From Candidatus Saccharimonadota bacterium (GTDB taxonomy: Bacteria; Patescibacteriota; Gracilibacteria; UBA4473), in NCBI GenBank assembly GCA_020632335.1, contig JACKFV010000001.1, positions 510,001-542,000 of the forward strand: a DNA stretch of 32,000 nt, in the 5' to 3' direction. The translations under genes and the position numbers were made by a program. The notes beneath the pieces are model-generated. The model ran no database searches, was not told the origin of the DNA, and saw only the letters and a program-made list of their open reading frames with translations. Shown here piece after piece: positions 1-7,028 of this stretch (within the stretch, counting starts at the first letter, position 1; each line of letters begins with the position of its first letter).

Positions 1-614
1 TTGACGGCCTCATAGAGTGTGCGTACGGGCACAATGCAGCTGGCCTCTGCGGAGGACTGCTCCAGGGGGAGGCGCTTCTCGGCCAAGCGGTAGCTGTCGG
101 TCGCGGCCCAGGTCATTTGTTCGGTTGTGGCGCGCATATAGACCCCGCTCAGCAGAGGGCGGGCGCTACGCTCATTGGCACAGAAGGCCACCTGCTGCAC
201 CGCCTGCTGGAAGGCACTCGCGCTGCACTGGTGCGTACTGCCCTCCACGGTGGTGTCTACGCGGGGGTATTCGTCGGCGGCGATGCCCTTGATATCTATC
301 TTGGAGCCCTTGGTTTTCATCTGCAGACTGGTGCCCTTCTTCACCTCCAGCTGGATTTCTTCCTTGTCGGTGGTGAGGCTGACGTAGCTGCTGATGGTCT
401 TGGCCGGCACGGTGATGGCCCCGGGGGTGTCTATGTGCGCGGGGCACTGGGTGATGATGCTGAGGTCGAGGTTAGTGGCGATGCACTGTAGCGTGCCATT
501 CTCGGCCTTCAGTAGGACATTCCCGAGGACGGGCAGCGTGGGGGTAGCGGGTACCACGCGCGCGGCAGCCCGCAGGCACTGGGAGAGGAGCACGGCGTCG
601 ACAGAGAGTTTCAT
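1..614 (-). CDS. dnaN: DNA polymerase III beta sliding clamp, N-terminal part (gene continues past the window start)
   Basis: Absent from the ORF track because it runs off the window start. My reverse-strand translation from ATG at 614..612 gives MKLSVDAVLLSQCLRAAARVVPATPTLPVLGNVLLKAENGTLQCIATNLDLSIITQCPAHIDTPGAITVPAKTISSYV... This fits the beta-clamp domain I pattern (LPxLxNVLL...G.L...ATNLDL). The later SGVYMRATTEQMTWAATDSYRLAEKRLPLE fits the clamp domain II entry (ATDxxRLA). Confidence 0.85.
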   Translation of the reverse strand, partial: MKLSVDAVLLSQCLRAAARVVPATPTLPVLGNVLLKAENGTLQCIATNLDLSIITQCPAHIDTPGAITVPAKTISSYVSLTTDKEEIQLEVKKGTSLQMKTKGSKIDIKGIAADEYPRVDTTVEGSTHQCSASAFQQAVQQVAFCANERSARPLLSGVYMRATTEQMTWAATDSYRLAEKRLPLEQSSAEASCIVPVRTLYEAV

Positions 615-672
615 GAGCGGGAAGCTAGCATACAGCCTGAGCGTAGTGATATAGTGGGTACTTACAAGCGAA

Positions 673-1383
673 TTATGCTGAAGCACTGTGGGAGATGAGG
701 GTACCTACGTCCTCCCCTGCGGCGGCTCTGAGGCTCAGCCCCGGGACGCCAAAGCGCAGTACACGAATGGGGAGACTATTGGCTCTGCATAGCGCGAAGG
801 CCTGCATATCCATTACCTGGAGGTGCTGCTGGAGTACCTCATCATAGGTGCGGTGGGCATAGCGCACGGCGTGGGGGTATTTATTCGGGTCTTGGTCATA
901 TACTCCGTCAGCGCTGGTGAGCTTGATCAGCAGGTCGCACTCTAGCTCCAGGGCGCGTAGGGCGGCGGCGGTGTCAGTGCTGCAGTAGGGGTTGCCGGTG
1001 CCTCCGGCCAGTAGGGCGAGCTCCCCCATAGCGAGGGAGCTGCGCACCCGGAGGGCCTGGTAGGGCTCAGCGAGGGACGGGAGCGCGTGCACCCCCCATA
1101 CGCGGCTGCCCGGCAGGTGGGGCTGCAGCAGGCAGGCGTTGTAGTAGGTGGCCAGCATCCCCAGGCCGTCAGACACCGTGCGGTCGAGGGGCTGCTTGGC
1201 GTGGTCACGGGCGCGCCAGAGGTTGCCTCCGCCACACACCACGGCCACTGTATGTCCCGCGGCGCGGAGGCTCTGTATCTCGCTCGCTAGCCAGTGGAGA
1301 GGCTCTGGGGAGAAGAGGCTTTCTCTGCTGCGGAAGACCTCACCAGAGACCTTGAGCAGCAGGCGCAGAGGGGTAGTGGTCAT
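673..1383 (-). CDS. pyrH: UMP kinase
   Basis: ORF 673..1656 trimmed to the internal ATG at 1383 (MTTTPLRLLLKVSGEVF...). Hallmarks are LLKVSGE, VAVVCGGGNLWR, GGTGNPYCSTDTAAALRA and ADGVYDQDP. The longer N-terminal extension overlaps secY and has no homology logic. Confidence 0.9.
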   Translation of the reverse strand: MTTTPLRLLLKVSGEVFRSRESLFSPEPLHWLASEIQSLRAAGHTVAVVCGGGNLWRARDHAKQPLDRTVSDGLGMLATYYNACLLQPHLPGSRVWGVHALPSLAEPYQALRVRSSLAMGELALLAGGTGNPYCSTDTAAALRALELECDLLIKLTSADGVYDQDPNKYPHAVRYAHRTYDEVLQQHLQVMDMQAFALCRANSLPIRVLRFGVPGLSLRAAAGEDVGTLISHSASA

Positions 1384-1404
1384 GGGTGGGGGGCTATCTG
1401 CTAC

Positions 1405-1433
1405 AGGGTAGTGCGGTGGCAGGGGCTCGTCAA
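1405..1433 (-). promoter_or_regulatory. candidate pyrH promoter (TTGACG-17-TACCCT)
   Basis: On the reverse strand, TTGACG lies at 1433..1428 and TACCCT at 1410..1405 with a 17-nt spacer. It sits about 21 nt upstream of the pyrH ATG. Confidence 0.35.
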
Positions 1434-1477
1434 TGCGCTTTCTCCTGCTGGGGTGGTAGATGAAGAAGCGAGTTTTT

Positions 1478-1505
1478 TTGACACTGGAGCGAATTATGAT
1501 ACGCT
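1478..1505 (+). promoter_or_regulatory. candidate secY promoter (TTGACA-16-TACGCT)
   Basis: A perfect -35 TTGACA at 1478..1483 is preceded by a T-run. A 16-nt spacer leads to TACGCT at 1500..1505. Confidence 0.4.
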
Positions 1506-1548
1506 CCCACACGATAGGCGGTATAGTCCCTCTCTTTAGTCCCCTTGC

Positions 1549-2832
1549 ATGGATCATCTCCTCACGTCCCTCCACCAGATCTGGGTTACCAAATCCCTCC
1601 GGGATAAGCTCCTGTTTACCATCTTTGCGCTGATTGTCTTCCGGATTGCGGCGCATATTTCCATCCCTGGGGCGGACGTGGAGCGTATTCGCTTCCTTAT
1701 GGAGAATGCGGAGCAGGGCGGTGCGCTGGGGGTGTTTAGCCTGCTGACGGGTGGCGCGATGGAGCGATTCTCGCTAGTGCTGATGGGCCTGACGCCCTAC
1801 ATCAACGCCAGCATCATTATGCAGCTGCTGGGGGTGCTGGTGCCCAGCATCGAGAACCTAAAGAAAGAAGGCGAGCAGGGGCAGAAGAAGATCAACCAGT
1901 GGACGCGCCTGCTGACGGTACCGCTGGCCTTTGTGCAGAGCTACGGCATGATGGTGCTGCTGAATAACCTGGCGGGCCAGCAGATAGTGGATACCAGCAA
2001 CCCAGCGGTGGTACTGCCGATGATGCTGATTGTGACCGCGGGGACGATCTTCCTCATGTGGCTGGGGGAGCTCATTAACGAGCGTGGCATTGGGAATGGT
2101 GTGTCTATTCTTATCTTTGCGGGGATAGTAGCCACCGTGCCGCCCCAGCTCTACAGTACCTTCCGCTCGGCGTCTCTGCCGGTGGCGCTGGCGCTGGTGG
2201 CGCTGACGGTGGGGCTGACGCTCTTTGTGGTGTATGTGACGGAGGCGAACCGGAACATCCCCGTGACCTATGCGGTGCGCAAGTCCTCCGCAAGCCAGAA
2301 GAGCTTCCTCCCCCTGAAGATCAACCAGGCGGGGATGATCCCCATTATCTTTGCGGTGAGCCTGGTGAGCCTGCCCAGCATCATCGCGGGGGTCTACCCC
2401 GACAGCACCTGGGGGCAGTTTATTATTGCGCACTTTAGCCCGCAGAACCCCGGATTCTGGTACAATCTGCTCTATGCGGCGCTGATCTTTGCCTTTACTT
2501 TCTTCTACGTGGATATTGTCTTTGAGCCGAAGAAGATCGCGGAGAATATCCAGAAGCGGGGGGGATTTGTGCCCGGGTACCGCCCAGGGCGAGAGACCGA
2601 AGAGTTCATCGCTGGGGTGGCGAACCGGCTGTGCTTCTGGGGCGCTATCTTCCTCACCTTTGTGGCGATAGTGCCGCTGGTGCTGCAGTTTGCGCTCAGT
2701 GGGGGGGTGCAGTCCTCGGCCATTGCACTGCTGGTGAGCGGTGCGGGGATTATCATCATTGTGTCGGTGGTGCTGGATATTATCCGCCGGATAAACGCTC
2801 ACCTGGTGATGCAAGACTACGATAAACTCTAG
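1549..2832 (+). CDS. secY: preprotein translocase subunit SecY
   Basis: 427-aa polytopic membrane protein. The N-terminus LRDKLLFTIFALIVFRIAAHISIPG, the plug and TM2 region, and GGFVPGYRPGRETEEFI are typical SecY signatures. Confidence 0.95.
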   Translation: MDHLLTSLHQIWVTKSLRDKLLFTIFALIVFRIAAHISIPGADVERIRFLMENAEQGGALGVFSLLTGGAMERFSLVLMGLTPYINASIIMQLLGVLVPSIENLKKEGEQGQKKINQWTRLLTVPLAFVQSYGMMVLLNNLAGQQIVDTSNPAVVLPMMLIVTAGTIFLMWLGELINERGIGNGVSILIFAGIVATVPPQLYSTFRSASLPVALALVALTVGLTLFVVYVTEANRNIPVTYAVRKSSASQKSFLPLKINQAGMIPIIFAVSLVSLPSIIAGVYPDSTWGQFIIAHFSPQNPGFWYNLLYAALIFAFTFFYVDIVFEPKKIAENIQKRGGFVPGYRPGRETEEFIAGVANRLCFWGAIFLTFVAIVPLVLQFALSGGVQSSAIALLVSGAGIIIIVSVVLDIIRRINAHLVMQDYDKL

Positions 2833-2840
2833 TGGACCAT

Positions 2841-2868
2841 TTGACAATCCCTCTTTCTCCTGTATAGA
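2841..2868 (+). promoter_or_regulatory. candidate rplU promoter (TTGACA-16-TATAGA)
   Basis: TTGACA at 2841..2846, a 16-nt spacer, then TATAGA at 2863..2868. This leaves a leader of about 60 nt containing a GCGCG/CGCGT hairpin before the rplU ATG. Confidence 0.45.
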
Positions 2869-2936
2869 AGCGCGTGTACTTCCGCGTGATGGGTCTCTAA
2901 ACGTCCTTGACTACCCACTCGCCTCATTTCTCTCTC

Positions 2937-3647
2937 ATGATAGCAGTAGCACACATCGGCGGCCATCAGGCCATTGTACAGGTAGGCGACGTGCTGGAGG
3001 TGGATCGTCTGGCATTTGCACCGGGTGATACCGTGACTTTTGAGGTGATGCTGCTCTCAGAGCCGGACGGGAAGGGTTTTACTGCGGGGCAGCCCGTGGT
3101 GGCGGGCGCGGGGGTGGTGGCCGAGGTGCAGGAGCACACACGCGGCGACAAGATACGGGTATACAAGATGCAGAAGCGTAAGCGCTACCGCAAGACGCTG
3201 GGGCACCGCAGCGAGTACACGGTGGTGGTGGTGAAGGAGATCAAAACCAGTGGCGCGACGCCAGATTTCTCTAGCTTTGGGGAGGCTCCTGCCAAGCCAG
3301 CCAAGAAGCCAGCAGTTGCTACAGTAACGCCTGCTGCTGTGGCTTCCGAGAAACCAGTTGTTCAATCGACACCGAAAGCTGCTAGCAAGGGAGATGACCT
3401 GACCCGCATAGAGGGCGTGGGGCCGAAGATCGCTGACTTGCTGACGGCGGCGGGGTACGAGACCTACGCCAGTGTGAGCGCTGCCACGGTGGCGGACCTT
3501 CAAGCCGTGCTGGATGAGGCAGGGCCACGCTATAGCGTGCACAGCCCAGCCACCTGGCCCGAGCAAGCTGCGCTGGCAGCGGCGGGAGACTTTAGTGCCC
3601 TCACGGCTCTGCAGGAGCAGCTGAAGGGTGGTAAGGAGGCTGCATAG
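2937..3647 (+). CDS. rplU: ribosomal protein L21 fused to an Ala/Pro/Lys-rich linker and a C-terminal helix-hairpin-helix-like domain
   Basis: The N-terminal ~100 aa (MIAVAHIGGHQAIVQVGDVLEVDRL...RGDKIRVYKMQKRKRYRKTLGHRSEYTVVVVKEI) is canonical L21. The C-terminus GDDLTRIEGVGPKIADLLTAAGYETYASVSAATVADLQAVLDEAG...WPEQAALAAAGDF looks like an HhH (GxGPK) module. I prefer the start at ATG 2937 over the TTG at 2907 given in the track. Confidence 0.85.
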   Translation: MIAVAHIGGHQAIVQVGDVLEVDRLAFAPGDTVTFEVMLLSEPDGKGFTAGQPVVAGAGVVAEVQEHTRGDKIRVYKMQKRKRYRKTLGHRSEYTVVVVKEIKTSGATPDFSSFGEAPAKPAKKPAVATVTPAAVASEKPVVQSTPKAASKGDDLTRIEGVGPKIADLLTAAGYETYASVSAATVADLQAVLDEAGPRYSVHSPATWPEQAALAAAGDFSALTALQEQLKGGKEAA

Positions 3648-3673
3648 TTCCCTCCCTTTGTCGAGAGATGATC

Positions 3674-3701
3674 TTGCCCTTCGGGGCATTTTTTTTATGC
3701 T
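3674..3701 (+). promoter_or_regulatory. candidate serS promoter overlapping the rplU terminator (TTGCCC-16-TATGCT)
   Basis: -35 TTGCCC at 3674..3679 lies inside the terminator stem. -10 TATGCT at 3696..3701 follows a 16-nt spacer. The serS ATG at 3709 is 7 nt after the -10, which is leaderless geometry. Confidence 0.4.
3675..3696 (+). terminator. rho-independent terminator after rplU
   Basis: Stem TGCCC (3675..3679), UUCG tetraloop, stem GGGCA (3684..3688), followed by eight T residues (3689..3696). Confidence 0.6.
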
Positions 3702-3708
3702 GGGGGGC

Positions 3709-4953
3709 ATGATAGACATTGTAGACCTTCGTGCGCGACCAGATGCTTATCAGCAGGCCTATGCTGCCCGGCAGCTGCGGGTGGATATAGCGTCGGGGCT
3801 GGTCGTCGACGAGCAGTGGCGGGCGCTGACTACCGAGCTGGACGCCATGCGGCAGCAGCGCAATGCCTATGCCAAGGCGCGGGATATAGAGGGCGGGCAG
3901 CGCCTCAGTAGCGAGATAAAGGCTGCAGAGGAGCGCTTGGCGGTGCTGACGGCGGAGAGGGAACACTTCCTCTATAGCCTGCCGAATCTCCCACTGGAGG
4001 ACGTCCCGATCGGGAAAGACGAGACCGACAACGTGGAGGTGACGCAGTGGGGCACGCCGCGGGAGTTTGCCTTCCCTGTGCGGGACCACGTGGAGATCGG
4101 CCAGCTGACGGGCACCATAGACATCGAGATGGCGCGCAAGACCAGTGGTGCGCGCTTTGCCTTTCTCAAGGGGAAGGGGGCGCTGCTGGAGTACGCAATC
4201 ATGCGGTATATGCTGGAGAAGCTGCTGGCGAAGGGCTTTACTTTTGTGATACCTCCGACGCTGTTGCGGGGGGAGATCCTTCACAATGCGGGGTCTGGGC
4301 CGGGGACGGTGGAGGAGAAGATCCACGCGCAGGAGATGTACACGCTGCCGGAGGATAACCTGGGGATGATCGGCACGGCGGAGCACGCGATGGCGAACAT
4401 GCACCTGGACCAGACGCTGGAGGCGCTGCCACTGCGGTATGCGGGCTGGAGTAGCTGCTACCGACGAGAGGCGGGCGCGGCGGGTAAGGACACCAATGGG
4501 ATACTGCGGGTGCACGAGTTCCAGAAGCTAGAGATGTTCACCTACTGCGCGCCGGAGGAGAGCCCCGCGGAGCACGCGCTGCTCATCGAGACCGCGCAGG
4601 AGCTCTGGCGAGACCTGGGGATCCCTCACCGAGTGTTATTGCTCTGCACGGGGGACATCGGCTGGGCGAGCGCCAAGACCTATGACATTGAGGCGTGGAT
4701 TCCCTCGCAGCACACCTACCGAGAGGTAGTGAGTGGGAGTACCTGTACGGACTTCCAGTCGCGGCGTACGCGCACCCGCTATACCGATGCGGCGGGCAAT
4801 AAGCAGCTGGTGCATACCCTCAACGCTACGGCGGTGGCGGTGCAGCGCTGTATCATCGCGATCTATGAGAACTACCAGAATGCAGATGGTAGCGTGACCA
4901 TCCCCACGGTGCTGCGGCCCTATACTGGGTTTGATACCATATCGGTGGCATGA
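3709..4953 (+). CDS. serS: seryl-tRNA synthetase
   Basis: ORF 3628..4953 trimmed to ATG 3709 (MIDIVDLRARPDAY...). It has an N-terminal coiled-coil arm and a class II core: FAFLKGKGALLEYAIMRYM, SSCYRREAGAAGKDTNGILRVHEFQKLEMF and TLNATAVAVQRCIIAIYENYQ. Confidence 0.93.
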   Translation: MIDIVDLRARPDAYQQAYAARQLRVDIASGLVVDEQWRALTTELDAMRQQRNAYAKARDIEGGQRLSSEIKAAEERLAVLTAEREHFLYSLPNLPLEDVPIGKDETDNVEVTQWGTPREFAFPVRDHVEIGQLTGTIDIEMARKTSGARFAFLKGKGALLEYAIMRYMLEKLLAKGFTFVIPPTLLRGEILHNAGSGPGTVEEKIHAQEMYTLPEDNLGMIGTAEHAMANMHLDQTLEALPLRYAGWSSCYRREAGAAGKDTNGILRVHEFQKLEMFTYCAPEESPAEHALLIETAQELWRDLGIPHRVLLLCTGDIGWASAKTYDIEAWIPSQHTYREVVSGSTCTDFQSRRTRTRYTDAAGNKQLVHTLNATAVAVQRCIIAIYENYQNADGSVTIPTVLRPYTGFDTISVA

Positions 4954-5606
4954 GAGTCATACTCACCGGGGACGACTATGGCTTTACCTCGGGGGTGAAT
5001 AGAGGATTTCGAGAGCTCTTTGCTGTGGGGGTGGCTATGGGGGCCTCGGTCATGGTGGGGGGGCTTGCGGTAGAAGAAGCCGTAGCCATAGCAAAGGAAC
5101 AGGGGGTTACGAGCCGCTGTGGGCTTCATCTTACCCTGCATAGCCTGCGTGCGGGAGACCCGTATATGCGTAAGGGAGACTACGCGCGGTTGCTAGAGAC
5201 GGCGTCGGCGGAGGAGCTCTGGGGGCGTATCGAGCGCGAGATAGAGCACTTTATGTGCTTCTTTGGGCACTTGCCAGCGTATAGAGATAGCCATCAGAAA
5301 ATCCACCAACACCCGAAAGTACTGGCTTTTCTCTACCCGTTTGCGGTGGCGCAGGGCATCCCCTTGCGGTATGTGCCGGGGTTGCCGTCAGCGGTGTCTC
5401 GTACTGCGGCGTGCATTAGCGGTTCTTCGCTATCACTAGCGGTTCTTTATGAGCAGTTAGATGCCCTGCAGCAGGCAGGAGTGGCATCGGTGGAGCTCGT
5501 GTTTCACCCTGGGTATGTAGACGCTCCTCTCCGACAGTATTCGCAGTTGCTGGAGGAGCGTGAGAAAGATAGAGAAAAAATACGAGCCCTAGACCAATGG
5601 CTCTAG
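4950..5606 (+). CDS. YdjC/ChbG-family carbohydrate deacetylase-like protein
   Basis: The N-terminus MRVILTGDDYGFTSGVNRGF matches the YdjC-family ADDFG..GVN motif. ATGA overlap with the serS stop. The family call is from memory of the motif only. Confidence 0.6.
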   Translation: MRVILTGDDYGFTSGVNRGFRELFAVGVAMGASVMVGGLAVEEAVAIAKEQGVTSRCGLHLTLHSLRAGDPYMRKGDYARLLETASAEELWGRIEREIEHFMCFFGHLPAYRDSHQKIHQHPKVLAFLYPFAVAQGIPLRYVPGLPSAVSRTAACISGSSLSLAVLYEQLDALQQAGVASVELVFHPGYVDAPLRQYSQLLEEREKDREKIRALDQWL

Positions 5607-6662
5607 TGCTTTGCGCTGGGCTTTACTGAGTTTCTCTGGATAAGTGTACGCCACGGTGAGGATATGGTCCCCCTGGTGCGAGCCGTTTTTGACGCCCTTG
5701 CCCTTTATCCGCAGCTTTTTGCCGTCGGGGGTGCACTCCTTCAGCGTGAGCTCCACCGTGCCCCAGTAGGTACTCACGTCCATTTTTTTGCCCAGCAGCG
5801 CGTCGAATACCGGTACCGCTAGCGTGCTATGCAGGTCACTCCCCACGCGGGTAAAGCGGGGGTCACTCACCACGCGTATGTGGAGGTAGAGGTCTCCGGC
5901 AGGCCCTCCGCGGCGTCCGGCGTCGCCCTTGCCGCGGATCTTCAGCGTGGCGCGGTCCTCTACGCCGGCGGGTATGTGCACGCTCACCGAGTGCTTCTCC
6001 TCATACCGGCCCTCGCCGTGGCACTGGGGGCAGGGGTGGCGGAAGGTCTTGCCTTCGCCCTGACAGTCGGGGCAGAGGGCCTGCTGCTGTATCGTCCCGA
6101 GGATACTCTGTACGCGCTGGGTGACGACACCGCGACCCTGGCACGTCTTGCAGGTTTCGGGCTCGGTGCCGCCCTTGGCATCGCAGGTGGTGCAGGACAC
6201 ATAGCTCCGTGCAGTGATGCTCTTCTCAGCCCCCTCCATCATCTCGTCGAAGCCCAGCACCACCTCGGCCTCTAGGTCATTGCCGCGCTGCTGTGGGGTG
6301 CGGGTTTGACTCCCCATACCGCCCCCCATTCCACCGCCAAAGAACTGGTCGAAGATGCCTCCCATACCCCCAAATGCGCTCTGGAAGTCCTCATAGTTCA
6401 TCTGCTGGTAGCCTCCTCCACCGCCACCAAAGCCGCCAAAGCCCCCTCCTGCGCGCCCCCCAGCAGCGCCAAACTGGTCATACTGCTGGCGTTTTTTGCT
6501 ATCGCTCAGCACCTCATAGGCCTCGTTAATGGCCTTGAACTGCGTTTCATCGCCGCCCTTGTCGGGGTGGTGCTCCTTGGCTAGTGCACGGTAGGCTTTC
6601 TTAATTTCCGCCTCAGTAGCGGTCTTGCTTACCCCGAGTGTCTTGTAGTAGTCCTGCGCCAT
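5589..6662 (-). CDS. dnaJ: molecular chaperone DnaJ
   Basis: J domain (DYYKTLGVSKTATEAEIKKAYRALAKEHHPDK), a G/F-rich region and four CxxCxGxG zinc motifs (CTTCDAKG, CKTCQGRG, CPDCQGEG, CPQCHGEG). Start set to ATG 6662, supported by a -10 hexamer 6 nt upstream. Confidence 0.95.
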   Translation of the reverse strand: MAQDYYKTLGVSKTATEAEIKKAYRALAKEHHPDKGGDETQFKAINEAYEVLSDSKKRQQYDQFGAAGGRAGGGFGGFGGGGGGYQQMNYEDFQSAFGGMGGIFDQFFGGGMGGGMGSQTRTPQQRGNDLEAEVVLGFDEMMEGAEKSITARSYVSCTTCDAKGGTEPETCKTCQGRGVVTQRVQSILGTIQQQALCPDCQGEGKTFRHPCPQCHGEGRYEEKHSVSVHIPAGVEDRATLKIRGKGDAGRRGGPAGDLYLHIRVVSDPRFTRVGSDLHSTLAVPVFDALLGKKMDVSTYWGTVELTLKECTPDGKKLRIKGKGVKNGSHQGDHILTVAYTYPEKLSKAQRKALEPLV

Positions 6663-6668
6663 AGCGGC

Positions 6669-6697
6669 ATTGTACGCCACATTAGCACTAGCGTCAA
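6669..6697 (-). promoter_or_regulatory. candidate dnaJ promoter (TTGACG-17-TACAAT), leaderless geometry
   Basis: On the reverse strand, TTGACG at 6697..6692, a 17-nt spacer, TACAAT at 6674..6669, then 6 nt (gccgct) to ATG 6662. Confidence 0.5.
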
Positions 6698-6704
6698 ATG
6701 AGTG

Positions 6705-6953
6705 CTAGAGATCTTCATAGTATTCCTCCATGCTGCTCTGGCTCTCGGCACTGCGGCCGGTGAATCCCTTGGCAAAGCACCAGCCCATGATGGTCCCCAT
6801 GCCCAGCATCAGCAGCAGGGGGATAGTAAAGGGCATCGTCGCGTAGGAGAAGAAGTAGTAAAACGGGTAGAGAAAGATAATATTCTCGAACGCGAGGATG
6901 AGCGCTAGCACGAGAATGATCCCTCCAATAGCGAGATACCAGCTCCTTTTCAT
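6705..6953 (-). CDS. small membrane protein, 2-3 TM, unknown function
   Basis: 82-aa ORF with hydrophobic segments (WYLAIGGIILVLALILAF, FTIPLLLMLGMGTIMGWCFA) and an acidic tail. A promoter-like element sits exactly 6 nt upstream of the ATG. Confidence 0.6.
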   Translation of the reverse strand: MKRSWYLAIGGIILVLALILAFENIIFLYPFYYFFSYATMPFTIPLLLMLGMGTIMGWCFAKGFTGRSAESQSSMEEYYEDL

Positions 6954-6959
6954 ACCCCT

Positions 6960-6988
6960 AGTCTAGCGCAGATGAGCAAAGCTGTAAA
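6960..6988 (-). promoter_or_regulatory. candidate promoter (TTTACA-17-TAGACT), leaderless geometry
   Basis: On the reverse strand, TTTACA at 6988..6983, a 17-nt spacer, TAGACT at 6965..6960, then 6 nt to ATG 6953. The same two hexamers recur at 24786..24814. Confidence 0.5.
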
Positions 6989-6994
6989 CGGGAT

Positions 6995-7022
6995 TTGCGC
7001 TCTCAGGCGGAGCTTCTATAGT
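6995..7022 (+). promoter_or_regulatory. candidate lepA promoter (TTGCGC-16-TATAGT), leaderless geometry
   Basis: TTGCGC at 6995..7000, a 16-nt spacer, TATAGT at 7017..7022, then 6 nt (ggggcc) to ATG 7029. Confidence 0.5.
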
Positions 7023-7028
7023 GGGGCC

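Noticed and set aside
673-1656. Long N-terminal extensions of track ORFs (pyrH to 1656, serS from 3628, lepA from 6972, dnaJ to 6680, GT to 13358, holB from 18352, ORFs to 25063, 26096 and 27724, RT to 28838)
   Set aside because: The extensions overlap neighbouring genes or promoters, often begin at non-ATG codons, and lack homology logic. Internal ATGs coincide with conserved protein N-termini and, in most cases, with a -10 hexamer 6-7 nt upstream.
1858-2847. 329-aa reverse-strand ORF antisense to secY, with nested smaller ORFs
   Set aside because: The forward frame encodes a canonical SecY. The antisense translation is a His/Arg/Gln-rich low-complexity sequence.
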